DNA of 39,207 nt, taken from UHGV virus genome UHGV-1357020; one strand, given 5' to 3'. This document shows positions 7,709 to 16,934 of the stretch, in pieces (positions within the stretch are counted from its first letter, which is position 1; every line of letters begins with the position of its first letter). Position numbers and translations under genes: made by a program. The notes under the pieces are model-generated. The model searched no databases, had not been told where the DNA came from, and saw only the letters and a program-made list of their open reading frames with translations. Source of the DNA: a virus.

Positions 7709-7741
7709 GAAAATATTTTAACATGAAGTTAAAATATTTTC
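7709..7741. promoter_or_regulatory. perfect 14-bp inverted repeat GAAAATATTTTAAC-N5-GTTAAAATATTTTC, a putative operator in the promoter region of the HEXXH gene
   Basis: Read directly from the sequence. Too AT-rich to be a terminator. Lies 29 bp upstream of the minus-strand gene start. Confidence 0.4.
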
Positions 7742-8128
7742 AAGTTTCAAAGGGAAACAAACCGATTTTAGAAAGGAGAAAAAATGAAAACAAGAAAAGA
7801 TTTTTTAACAGATGAACAGGTAGAACAGGAAATTGAAAGATTGAATCAATCTGATGCCGCACAGCTTTTTATATAGGAACAGCGCATTAAATATAAGAGG
7901 AGACAGTACCTGTATCAACTCAGATGCCATGAGAAGAGAGGAAAGCAGTTAATCCGTGACGGAGTGAAGATGGAACAGCTTGAGTTGATGGAAAAGGAGA
8001 TGGAAGAGTGATGTTGGAAGTACTTGGAAGTATCGCTACTATTGCAGCAACAATAGTACAAGCTGTAAGCGTAGTGCGTCTTATGAAGATTGAAAAGGAA
8101 CTGAATAAAATGTACAAAAGGAGATCAA

Positions 8129-8890
8129 ATGAACGAATTAAAAGTAATTGAAAATGAACTTGTCCCAGTATACGAGACAAGTACAGGAGAAAAAGTAGTA
8201 TACGGTTCAGAACTGCATGAGGTTCTTGGAGTTAAAAGCAGATTTAACGATTGGGTTAAAAATAGACTTGGAGACGTAGATGCTTGCGAGAAAGAAGATT
8301 TTGATACGCTTACTAAAAATTTAGTAAACGGCGGAACGCAGAAGGAATACATAATCAAACTGGATACTGCCAAAGAAATGGCAATGCTTGAGCGGAACGA
8401 AAAAGGAAAGCAAGTACGCAGATATTTCATTCGGGTAGAAAAGAAATACAAAGCGGCATCTCTTGCCACACAAGAACTCTCACCGCAGTTACAGGTCATG
8501 ATCAACTTGGAAATCGAGCAGAAGCGTCAGGCAGAGAAGCTTGAGCACGTGGAAGAACGGATTGAAAGCATCCGTGAGGTTGTTGCAATCGATACAACAT
8601 CACGGAGAGAAGATACCGGAAGAATCTTGAGAAAAATTGGTATGGAGTGCGGAGACAGCAAGTCTTATCAAGATGTAAGAGGGGAATCCTATCAGTTGTT
8701 AGAAAAACGCATGGGAGTGAATGTGAAGCAGAGACTCACAAACAAGCGTAGGAGAATGGCAGATGAGGGTGTTTGCAAATCTAGAAGAGACAAATTGAAT
8801 TATCTTGATGTGATTGCTGATGATAAGAAACTGATTGAGGGATATACGGCTATTGTAAAAGAACTGGCTATTAAGTATGGAGTTGCATAG
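8129..8890 (+). CDS. phage antirepressor, AntA/Bro-N-type N-terminal domain with KilA-C/ORF6C-type C-terminal domain
   Basis: N-terminal region VVYGSELHEVLGVKSRFNDWVKNRL is typical of AntA/AntB antirepressors. 253 aa. GGAG RBS. Confidence 0.65.
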   Translation: MNELKVIENELVPVYETSTGEKVVYGSELHEVLGVKSRFNDWVKNRLGDVDACEKEDFDTLTKNLVNGGTQKEYIIKLDTAKEMAMLERNEKGKQVRRYFIRVEKKYKAASLATQELSPQLQVMINLEIEQKRQAEKLEHVEERIESIREVVAIDTTSRREDTGRILRKIGMECGDSKSYQDVRGESYQLLEKRMGVNVKQRLTNKRRRMADEGVCKSRRDKLNYLDVIADDKKLIEGYTAIVKELAIKYGVA

Positions 8891-8911
8891 AAGAAAAGGA
8901 GGAAGAAGAGA

Positions 8912-9274
8912 ATGTGTTGGAGTGGCAGTCCGGGGACACCGGGAGTGGATTCCGTTCAAGAAGCAGAAAAACGTACAGGAAAGATGTTTAATGCTCAATC
9001 GCAGAGGATGGATCGAATTGAGTTTAATTCGTTAAAAACAGAAGTAGAAGAACTTAAAACAGAAGTAGAGAGCTTAAAATGCAAGACCCTCTGCCTGCTT
9101 GTAACATTTGTTGTCTTTGTGATTTTTGCTTCATTTTCAGTTGTGAATATATCAAGACAGTACTCAACTATTCATGACTATTACATGGATTCTCGGAGTA
9201 CTGATCAGGAGATAAGTCAATCTCTGAAAGAACTGATTCCGAAGATAGAAGTACTTCAGTCAGAATTTAAATAA
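8912..9274 (+). CDS. hypothetical coiled-coil/membrane protein (one TM: LCLLVTFVVFVIFASFSVV)
   Basis: AAGGAGG RBS 9 nt upstream of ATG 8912. An internal ATG at 8984 is an alternative start. Confidence 0.4.
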   Translation: MCWSGSPGTPGVDSVQEAEKRTGKMFNAQSQRMDRIEFNSLKTEVEELKTEVESLKCKTLCLLVTFVVFVIFASFSVVNISRQYSTIHDYYMDSRSTDQEISQSLKELIPKIEVLQSEFK

Positions 9275-9288
9275 GGAGGAAAAAGACA

Positions 9289-9684
9289 ATGTTTAGCAAC
9301 GTAAAAATCGACAATGGATTATTTTTAGACGGAAAGAAGCTCAACTGCGTGAAATCATACAGATTAGAGGAGAAAGAGGGAGATTGCGTCGCTGATCTTA
9401 CAGTAAATATGGATGTCCAGATTTTTGACGGCATCATTAAGACACCAGGTATTGTAGCCGGCAGTATTAAAGCTGAAAAACTGTCTGGATTGAGATTGTC
9501 AGACTTGGCAAATTTAATTGCCGACGATGTACTCGTGAAAGTTGTATATCAAAAAGAAATGGGTACGGCAGTAAATATATATGAACCTGGAAGCATTTCC
9601 GGAGAAGACCCAAAATTTTTGGAAAAACCTGTGAAAACAATAAGAACCCTTATTGACACGCTGGTTATAGAATTGGAGGACTAA
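9289..9684 (+). CDS. hypothetical protein (131 aa)
   Basis: AAGGAGG RBS. Compact spacing in the early operon. Confidence 0.5.
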   Translation: MFSNVKIDNGLFLDGKKLNCVKSYRLEEKEGDCVADLTVNMDVQIFDGIIKTPGIVAGSIKAEKLSGLRLSDLANLIADDVLVKVVYQKEMGTAVNIYEPGSISGEDPKFLEKPVKTIRTLIDTLVIELED

Positions 9685-9685
9685 C

Positions 9686-9826
9686 ATGGAAATTGTAATA
9701 GCAAGCGTTATCTGCTCGATCATAACATCAATCGTTACAAGTCTTGTAGTGACACGGGAATCTATGAGCATTATCCAAAAAGCTGTTGATCATTTACTTG
9801 ATGTCAACATGGACTTTGTTACCTAG
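9686..9826 (+). CDS. hypothetical 46-aa membrane peptide
   Basis: ATG 1 nt after the preceding stop. Hydrophobic N-terminus IVIASVICSIITSIVTSLVV. Confidence 0.3.
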   Translation: MEIVIASVICSIITSIVTSLVVTRESMSIIQKAVDHLLDVNMDFVT

Positions 9827-10656
9827 GTGGCAGACTTGATAATTGATAGGTTTGGAACTAAGCGCAAATAGGATTGAATGGACAACATATCTCGGACAAT
9901 CCATCCGTCATACATATTAGAGAGGTGGTGCAAGTGACTATAAAAAACATCGTAGTAATTAACGGTAAAGAGGTGGAGATCAGAGACCTGCCGGACGCTG
10001 AACTGTTTGCAGAAAAGCTAAACCGGAAAGTTCTGACCGAAAGAAACTATGAGGAAGATAGGTGATGACATGAAACCAGATATGGAAAAAATCATACAAG
10101 TGTTGATATCTCTTATCGAAGAACAGGAACATGTGAAAATTGATTACACACTCGAAAAGAGGACAGAAGAGGAAACCGCCTAGGCGGTAGAAGGGAGGAC
10201 AAGCTGTGAAAAGGCTGACAATCAATCATATTGAGAAATTCATCCAGACGCTGGAATCCACAGAAAGGGTTGGTTGGTATTCTGAGGAGCAAAAGTTGCA
10301 CGCAATCGCCTGTTTAAACAATTACTGCAGGGAACTGGAGTATCAAGGAAGAAAATCCGTGAAATTAAAGGAGGAAGAACATGGAAATTAAAGGAACCTA
10401 CCACTGCCAGACCACTCAGCAACCCAACACTTTAAATAGCTGGGATATCCGGTCAGTATCGGTAGATCTGCCGGAAGAAGAGGACAAGCCTTATTGGATC
10501 AGAGCTGGTGCGATGGTGATCGGGTTTATCTTGGTGCTACTGGCGTGGTATCTGGTGTTTGGGTATTAAAAATGAGCACCTACAAAAAGGCTGGGGAGCC
10601 GTAGGTACTCTGACAAAAAATCAAGAATATAGTAACAGATTTTAGGAGGATAAGCA

Positions 10657-10923
10657 ATGGATAGAGAAAAAATACATAAACTTTTAGACTTAATTCTTGA
10701 GATTCAAGAGCGTGGAGAAGGTAGGAATGGGTATCCGTACGTAAACATTGAATTTTCGAACTACGGTAGCAGAATATTTTTAACCGCACAAGAAAACGGA
10801 TTTGTTACTGATGGAGATTACGATTTGTTTGACGGTATTGCAACAGATAAGCAACTAGATGATGCAATTATTTTAGTTGGGGTATTGCTGGAAATGGCAG
10901 TGGACAAGACGGAGGACGAATGA
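10657..10923 (+). CDS. hypothetical protein (88 aa)
   Basis: AGGAGGA RBS. The stop overlaps the next start (ATGATG). Confidence 0.5.
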   Translation: MDREKIHKLLDLILEIQERGEGRNGYPYVNIEFSNYGSRIFLTAQENGFVTDGDYDLFDGIATDKQLDDAIILVGVLLEMAVDKTEDE

Positions 10924-11135
10924 TGTATGTAGGTATCGGACCAGAGAAAGGAAAGAAAGTGCATGACGAAGATGCCTTTTCTTACGCCTGCGAACGAATA
11001 AACAATGGTACGGAAAGAGAACAGGAAACATTTATGCAGATCATGAAAGAAGCTGAGAGTTTTTACATGGCGGTGGTCACAGTTGTGCTGTGGTATTTTT
11101 CCGGAAATTGGGTGTACGAGGAGGTGGCTCTATGA
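10920..11135 (+). CDS. hypothetical protein (71 aa)
   Basis: Translationally coupled to the upstream ORF. Confidence 0.4.
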   Translation: MMYVGIGPEKGKKVHDEDAFSYACERINNGTEREQETFMQIMKEAESFYMAVVTVVLWYFSGNWVYEEVAL

Positions 11136-11293
11136 TTACGATGCAGCAGCGCAAGGAGAGAATTGAAGATCTATTGGATGAGCGTCTCGGGATGATTGAG
11201 AATGGGGAGGTGAATACATATTACCAGACAAGGGATATAGCAAATCTGACGCAGGCACTTTTAAATATTACAAGGATCATGAAGGAGGAATGA
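11132..11293 (+). CDS. hypothetical protein (53 aa; MITMQQRKERIEDLL...)
   Basis: GGAGG RBS upstream of ATG 11132. Ends at the ATGA overlap with the erf gene. Confidence 0.4.
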   Translation: MITMQQRKERIEDLLDERLGMIENGEVNTYYQTRDIANLTQALLNITRIMKEE

Positions 11294-11295
11294 AT

Positions 11296-12021
11296 ATGAA
11301 TATATATCAAAAAATGAGTGCAATTACAGCAGAAATCACAGCTGTTGCGAAAAATCTGAATGTAGGTTGGGGGCAAAATTCTTACAAGGCCGTAGGCGAA
11401 GCAGATGTTCTGGCCGCTGTAAAACCAATCGAAGAAAAACACGGTGTTTACAGTTATCCTGTCAACCGACATATTATGGACACATCCGTTTTAACTTCAG
11501 TCAATTCAAAGGGCAACGAAGTTAGACAGTTATTTATGAGAATCGAAACTACATATAGATTCGTTAATGCTGAAATGCCAGAAGAGTACATTGACATCAA
11601 AACGTATGGTGATGGAGTAGATTCACAGGATAAGGCACCGGGGAAAGCGATGACATATGCGGATAAATACGCATTGTTGAAAGCTTATAAGATTATCACT
11701 GGTGATGATCCAGATCAGGAATGCAGCAAAGAACTGAAAGGAAAAGCAGCCAAACCTGCAAAATCATGTAAATCAGAAGCGACAGTAAGGCAATTAGAAT
11801 CAAAAGAGTCCGGCGAGCAGTCAAAAAACACGAGTAATGAGCTATTAAGCAGCGCAGAACGCTCTGCTATTGAGAGTCGATGTAAGGAAGATGGGGTTGA
11901 TGCAGATAAGTTATTATCTTTGTACAGCCTTAGCTCATTCGAAGGAATGAAATATAAACATTACGATAATATTTTGAAAAACTGGGAAAAAGTAAAAGAA
12001 AAATGCGGAGGTGCAAAATAA
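11296..12021 (+). CDS. erf: ERF-family single-strand annealing protein (recombinase)
   Basis: Motif KAMTYADKYALLKAYKIITGDDPD matches the ERF-superfamily core. AAGGAGG RBS 7 nt before ATG 11296. Followed by ssb with a TAATG overlap. Confidence 0.75.
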   Translation: MNIYQKMSAITAEITAVAKNLNVGWGQNSYKAVGEADVLAAVKPIEEKHGVYSYPVNRHIMDTSVLTSVNSKGNEVRQLFMRIETTYRFVNAEMPEEYIDIKTYGDGVDSQDKAPGKAMTYADKYALLKAYKIITGDDPDQECSKELKGKAAKPAKSCKSEATVRQLESKESGEQSKNTSNELLSSAERSAIESRCKEDGVDADKLLSLYSLSSFEGMKYKHYDNILKNWEKVKEKCGGAK

Positions 12022-12434
12022 TGAACAGCGTAAATTTAACAGGTAGATTAACCAGAGATCCAGAAATCAGATATACAGATGCAGGGCTTTCGATTGCAAG
12101 ATTTTCCATTGCTGTAGACAGGAGATTTTATAAGGACGGTGAGCAATCAGCGGATTTTATAAACATCGTATCATTCGGAAAAACAGCAGAATTCATTGAA
12201 AAGTGGTTTAAGAAAGGGACGAAAATTGAAGTATCCGGAAGAATTCAGACAGGATCATATGCAAACAATGACGGGGTAAAGGTTTATACAACAGACGTTG
12301 TTGCGGAGCAAGTCGGTTTCGCAGAGAGTAAGAACTCGCAAAATTCAGGAGCTAACAGAGTATCAGAATCACATGATGATGGGTTCGTAAATATTCCGGA
12401 CGGAGTAATCGACGAAGAAATGCCGTTTAATTAG
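12021..12434 (+). CDS. ssb: single-stranded DNA-binding protein (OB fold, acidic C-terminal tail DEEMPF)
   Basis: N-terminus MNSVNLTGRLTRDPEIRYT, internal pattern ...VSGRIQTGSY and C-terminal DEEMPFN are classic SSB features. Confidence 0.85.
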   Translation: MNSVNLTGRLTRDPEIRYTDAGLSIARFSIAVDRRFYKDGEQSADFINIVSFGKTAEFIEKWFKKGTKIEVSGRIQTGSYANNDGVKVYTTDVVAEQVGFAESKNSQNSGANRVSESHDDGFVNIPDGVIDEEMPFN

Positions 12435-12436
12435 GA

Positions 12437-12949
12437 GTGATTTTATTGGTTATACAAATAGACAGTAGGGAAAAATCGAGAGCGATTAAAAAAATCATAA
12501 AAACATTTGATGAGAAAGGCGTGAAGCATCCAGTATCTAAGTTAATGGTCGGAGATTATATGAACTATGACAACCCACGTCTTGTCGTTGACAGAAAACA
12601 GAATTTAACAGAGGTGTGCTGCAATGTTTGTCAAGACCACGAAAGATTCAGAAGAGAACTGGTGAAAGCAAATGAAAATGGAATTAAAATCATATTTCTT
12701 GTTGAGCACGGAAAAGATATTGAAACTTTGGAAGATGTTATCTGGTGGGAAAATCCGAGGGGTGCGAAGCGGCAACGGAACAAAGAAACAGGGAAATGGG
12801 AAACTGTTAAGACGAAAGCAATGACCGGAAGAACTCTGTACAAAGTCCTATGTACCATCCAGAGGAAGTATGAATGCGAATTCTTGTTTTGCGAGAAAAA
12901 CGATACCGGAAAGAAGATTATTGAGTTATTGGACGAAAGACATGAATAA
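12437..12949 (+). CDS. ERCC4/XPF-Mus81-type PD-(D/E)xK nuclease (putative branched-DNA/Holliday-junction resolvase). TTG at 12446 is the more likely start.
   Basis: Motif series IDSREK ... VGDY ... VVDRKQNLTE ... FLVEHG matches the ERCC4 signature (D-x-RE, GDY, ERK-like, LxE). Sits where RusA/RuvC-like resolvases sit in ERF-SSB modules. Confidence 0.55.
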   Translation: MILLVIQIDSREKSRAIKKIIKTFDEKGVKHPVSKLMVGDYMNYDNPRLVVDRKQNLTEVCCNVCQDHERFRRELVKANENGIKIIFLVEHGKDIETLEDVIWWENPRGAKRQRNKETGKWETVKTKAMTGRTLYKVLCTIQRKYECEFLFCEKNDTGKKIIELLDERHE

Positions 12950-13433
12950 AGAAGAGATTAAACATTCACACAGCATGAGAGAGATTGTGGAAAGATATGG
13001 GTTCCATGTAAATCGGGCGGGGTTTATTCACTGCCCGTTCCACAAAGGAGACAAGGGAGCATCATTAAAAATCTACCCAGACAGCTTCCATTGTTTCGGA
13101 TGCGGAACAAATGGAGATATCTTTACATTCGTACAGCTAATTGACCACGTTGATTTCAAAGAAGCGTTCCAGAGTCTTGGTGGAACTTATGAAAAGCCGA
13201 CATTCCAGTCGAAATTGGCGATATACAGGAGCCGGAAGAAGGCAGAACAGAGAAAGCGAGAAGAGGAAAAGCTTCGGAAAAAAAGAGAGCTGAATAATGT
13301 TCTGATTGATGTGTACCGCGATTATATGAATAAATCAGAACCGTTCAGCGAGGTATGGTGCGATTGCTGCAATGCGTTGCAGTACCAGTTATATTTGCAT
13401 GAAATATTAAACAGAGAAGAGGTGAGGAAATGA
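12942..13433 (+). CDS. stand-alone DnaG-type CHC2 zinc-finger protein (primase zinc-binding domain only)
   Basis: CPFHKGDKGASLKIYPDSFHCFGCGTNGDIFTFV is a canonical zf-CHC2 motif. ATG overlaps the previous stop (ATGAATAA). No TOPRIM domain within its 163 aa. Confidence 0.7.
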   Translation: MNKEEIKHSHSMREIVERYGFHVNRAGFIHCPFHKGDKGASLKIYPDSFHCFGCGTNGDIFTFVQLIDHVDFKEAFQSLGGTYEKPTFQSKLAIYRSRKKAEQRKREEEKLRKKRELNNVLIDVYRDYMNKSEPFSEVWCDCCNALQYQLYLHEILNREEVRK

Positions 13434-15298
13434 GGGAAATGAACGAATTCGATGCAGACAGCATATTGGATGATGAAGTTTTCATCGAATTATTTGAAAT
13501 GGAAGATCCGATTCTCCGGTCAAAAACAAAAGTGCAGCTCATCAGAAGAGCGAAGCAGCTGGGAGTCAAGTCGGATTTTGAAGAGATTTTGAAAGGATAC
13601 AATCAGGCTGACCGAGAAATGAAGAGACAGGAACGGGAAAACAGAACTGTTTGCACAGTAGATAACTATACGAATTTCACAGGACCTCACGATCGTATGT
13701 ATTGCGGCGCCTGGATTGCGGATGATCGCGGCGTGTTCGCACAGAATTCCGGAAGGGTTGATGAAGTGGCTTGCTATCACCCAATCCTACCAGTAGAGCG
13801 GCTGCGAAACTTAGAGACCGGGGAAGAGCAAATAAAACTGTCGTACAGGCGAAATAATCAGTGGCACGATATTGTGGTCCCAAAAACGATGATCACATCG
13901 GCGAATAAGATCGTGGCATTATCCGGAAGAGGGATTGCAGTTACGTCAGAAAATGCAAAATTGCTAGTCAAGTATCTGGCTGACGTAGAAAATGGAAACG
14001 ATGATTACATAGATGTGCAGTATTCCACTAGTAAACTTGGGTGGATCAAGGATCAGTTTATCCCCTATGATACAGACATCATTTTTGACGGGGATAATCG
14101 ATTTAAGCAGACCTTTGAAAGCGTGTCGGAGCATGGAAGTTTCGATGTGTGGTTAAATCATGTTCGAGAGTTAAGGGTGTCAGGAAGAATGGAAGTGAAA
14201 TTCCTATTGGCCGCATCATTCGCAAGTGTACTGGTTCATGTCTTGGGCGGACTTCCATTTTTTGTCGATCTGTGGGGAGAGACAGAGGGAGGAAAGACGG
14301 TATCTTTAATGGTCGCAGCTTCCGTGTGGGCGAATCCAGACGAAAGTAGATATATTGGAGACTTCAAAACAACGGATGTTGCACTGGAAGCGAAAGCGGA
14401 TATGTTGAATCATCTTCCGATGTTTCTGGACGATACGAGTAAAACATCCGCAAGGATTAGGGATAACTTCGAGGGAATTGTTTACGATCTGTGTTCCGGA
14501 AAAGGAAAGAGCCGGTCAAACAAAGACCTCGGAATCAATCGAGAGAATCGGTGGCGGAATGTAATGATCTGTAATGGAGAGAGACCGCTTAGCAGCTATG
14601 TCAGTCAGGGCGGTGCAATAAACAGAATCTTAGAGGTTGAGTGTGGCGAGAAAATCTATCAGGATCCGCAGAAGACAGCGGAAACGGTAAAACGGAATTG
14701 CGGTCACGCAGGTAGGAAATTTGTGGAGATTATCAAAGAAATGGGAGGAGATGAAATTCGTTCTATCCAGAAAGAGTTTCAGAAGGAGTTATTTGGCACG
14801 GACAAGATGCAGAAGCAGAGTATTTCGCTTTCCATCGTCCTGACAGCCGATAAAATAGCCACAGATCTCATTTTCAAAGATGGGCAGTATATTTCGATAG
14901 ACGAAGCGAAACAGGTGCTTATAGACCGAAATGAGCTGTCTGACAATGAGCGATGCTACCAATATATCCTTGATAAAATCGCAATGAACAGCCAGAGATT
15001 TGATGTGTCTTCAAATTGTGAAAAATGGGGAATTATTGAGGATGGGTACGCAGTAATTTACGGGCAGGCACTTAAGGAAATCTGCGAATCTGGGAAATTC
15101 TCAAAAAAGTCCTTCCTGTCATGGGCTGCAAAGAAAGGCGTTATTCAGCAGGACAGCAGGGGAAACCCAACAAAGCTGAAAAAGATAGACGGAAGAGCGG
15201 CGAGATGCGTGTTTTTGCAACTTGAATCGAAAGGAAATACGGATAATGATGGGTTTGAAAGCATCGATGAAACACAAGAAAAGCTACCTTTTAGTTAA
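13430..15298 (+). CDS. replication primase-helicase, DUF927/VirE-like P-loop NTPase (Walker A GETEGGKT)
   Basis: 622 aa. P-loop WGETEGGKTVSL. ATGA overlap with the zf-CHC2 gene. Followed by an iteron array. Confidence 0.7.
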   Translation: MREMNEFDADSILDDEVFIELFEMEDPILRSKTKVQLIRRAKQLGVKSDFEEILKGYNQADREMKRQERENRTVCTVDNYTNFTGPHDRMYCGAWIADDRGVFAQNSGRVDEVACYHPILPVERLRNLETGEEQIKLSYRRNNQWHDIVVPKTMITSANKIVALSGRGIAVTSENAKLLVKYLADVENGNDDYIDVQYSTSKLGWIKDQFIPYDTDIIFDGDNRFKQTFESVSEHGSFDVWLNHVRELRVSGRMEVKFLLAASFASVLVHVLGGLPFFVDLWGETEGGKTVSLMVAASVWANPDESRYIGDFKTTDVALEAKADMLNHLPMFLDDTSKTSARIRDNFEGIVYDLCSGKGKSRSNKDLGINRENRWRNVMICNGERPLSSYVSQGGAINRILEVECGEKIYQDPQKTAETVKRNCGHAGRKFVEIIKEMGGDEIRSIQKEFQKELFGTDKMQKQSISLSIVLTADKIATDLIFKDGQYISIDEAKQVLIDRNELSDNERCYQYILDKIAMNSQRFDVSSNCEKWGIIEDGYAVIYGQALKEICESGKFSKKSFLSWAAKKGVIQQDSRGNPTKLKKIDGRAARCVFLQLESKGNTDNDGFESIDETQEKLPFS

Positions 15299-15312
15299 GA
15301 GGAGGAAATACA

Positions 15313-15489
15313 ATGTCAAAAGTTGTGAGGATTAGTAATGAAAACTATGATTTTATTGAATGCATGGCGTTCAGGAATGGAGTTCCGATAAATGCAATAT
15401 TAAATGAGGTGCTGGAAAAATTCAAAAATTCGTCGCCGAATGATGTGATTTCAGTGGAACACCGGGGCAGAAAAGTTGCGATAAGGTAA
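15313..15489 (+). CDS. 58-aa putative ribbon-helix-helix (CopG/Arc-like) DNA-binding protein
   Basis: GAGGAGG RBS. Beta-strand-like KVVRIS followed by helical segments. The stop overlaps the first iteron. Confidence 0.35.
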   Translation: MSKVVRISNENYDFIECMAFRNGVPINAILNEVLEKFKNSSPNDVISVEHRGRKVAIR

Positions 15490-15690
15490 CAAGTAACAAA
15501 AGTAACAACAGGAAATCGCGCTATATATACGGAATAAAAATGTGAGAAATTCAAAAATATGAAGTCCCTATATAGGGTAAAAATCATTGTTACTTTTGTT
15601 ACCAACCTCAAAAACCTGTCAACCATGCTGGTTTGATAGGGTAACAGACTTTTGTTACCGGAAGAAAAATTTTGTTGCTTTGTTACGAAG
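15486..15690. repeat. iteron array (heptamer GTAACAA / TTGTTAC, at least 7 copies in both orientations) flanking an AT-rich core with the perfect palindrome CCCTATATAGGG. Putative origin of replication.
   Basis: Direct copies at 15486, 15493 and 15502. Inverted copies at 15587, 15597 and 15682. Inverted pair GGTAACA-N7-GTTACC at 15640..15659. Palindrome at 15566..15577. Lies immediately downstream of the primase-helicase. Confidence 0.6.
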
Positions 15691-15700
15691 AGGGTAGTGT

Positions 15701-15904
15701 ATGCACGAAAAAATAACAGATATCCAGAATTTGTTCTGGAAAGCGTATAAAAATTATAAAGGTACCGGCTCAATGAGTCAATACAATGCAGATGTCGATG
15801 GGATTATTGAGAAGTACAGGGATGATCATGCTATGTTGAATTTCTGCAAAAACTTGGCAATATCATGGGCGCCGGTTATTAACGAAATGAAAGAAGAGGG
15901 TTAA
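15701..15904 (+). CDS. hypothetical protein (67 aa)
   Basis: ORF directly after the iteron region; GGGTAG RBS-like sequence. Confidence 0.4.
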   Translation: MHEKITDIQNLFWKAYKNYKGTGSMSQYNADVDGIIEKYRDDHAMLNFCKNLAISWAPVINEMKEEG

Positions 15905-16222
15905 ATGAATAAAAGAAAGCTATATAAGCCGTACATAAAGACCATTCAACGCATGATTGAAAATGGATTTACAATCCAGAACATCTATGCAGCAATAAGC
16001 GAAGAGAGCGGAATCGATGCAAGTATTGAAACGTTCAAAAACTTTTTAAAAGACAATGATATGCTGCCTGAGTCAAAGAAACAAGAAACTTCGGTTAAGG
16101 ATATCTTTGGAACAATCGCAAATTACATGGAGTTTCACGAAGGCTGGGTACGGACCAGTTGCCGACTCAACAGGGCGATGTCGAATCCAAACCGGATATT
16201 AATGCGGAGGTATTTACAGTAG
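15905..16222 (+). CDS. hypothetical protein (105 aa)
   Basis: ATG overlaps the stop of the previous gene (TAAATG). Confidence 0.45.
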   Translation: MNKRKLYKPYIKTIQRMIENGFTIQNIYAAISEESGIDASIETFKNFLKDNDMLPESKKQETSVKDIFGTIANYMEFHEGWVRTSCRLNRAMSNPNRILMRRYLQ

Positions 16223-16368
16223 GCTATGAAAAAAAAAGAAAGAGAATCCGAAGAAAAATGAAGTACATATCTGTTCTTCCTGTGGACGGGAAATCATCGG
16301 AGATTTTGAGTATGTAAAGACAAAGAGAGGGACGGAATTGTATTTTTGTAAAGATATGAGGTGTAGAC

Positions 16369-16752
16369 ATGGGAAAAGTTGATGATTATACAGCCGGTAG
16401 ATCACAGGGATTGATTCTGGCAAGGGAGATTGTAAAAAAAGACGGTATCGAGGGACTGGAGAAAGAAATCCAGTTCCGGAATATCACGGGAGTCAATACG
16501 GCGCTGACCAGAAAAGAATTAAATATAGCCTGCGAGAAGATTAAAAACATGACACTGGACACAATGATGGTGATTGCAGTCGCAACGCTGCATGATGAAT
16601 TCGGTTTTGCTGGGAAACGGTGCAAGAGATTTATTGACCGAATGAACCTGAAAGCAGAGTGTCTGGTGGACGATATGGCAACATGGGATGAATATACGAG
16701 GATGATAAAAGATGAGATTGGAATCGAGATGACGATTAGGAGGAATGACTAA
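16369..16752 (+). CDS. hypothetical protein (127 aa)
   Basis: GAGGTG RBS. The stop overlaps the next start. Confidence 0.5.
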   Translation: MGKVDDYTAGRSQGLILAREIVKKDGIEGLEKEIQFRNITGVNTALTRKELNIACEKIKNMTLDTMMVIAVATLHDEFGFAGKRCKRFIDRMNLKAECLVDDMATWDEYTRMIKDEIGIEMTIRRND

Positions 16753-16934
16753 TGCCAAAAGTGAAAGAAACACGCTTGCGAAAAGGCGACACGATCAAAT
16801 GCGCTGATGCAGAGGATTGCGTGAGGACAATGAATGAGTTGGCATCCTGCTGTATAGAGACAGATTTTCTCCACGAAAAAGATGGAGAGAGTGGTTTATG
16901 GTTGGAAATAACGGGAGGAAAATTAGATGGATGA
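16752..16934 (+). CDS. hypothetical protein (60 aa, 4 Cys)
   Basis: Translationally coupled (TAATG). Confidence 0.4.
   Translation: MPKVKETRLRKGDTIKCADAEDCVRTMNELASCCIETDFLHEKDGESGLWLEITGGKLDG

Noticed and set aside
15345-15773. 142-aa minus-strand ORF spanning the iteron region
   Set aside because: Covers the AT-rich iteron and palindrome array and overlaps two plus-strand genes. Low-complexity translation.
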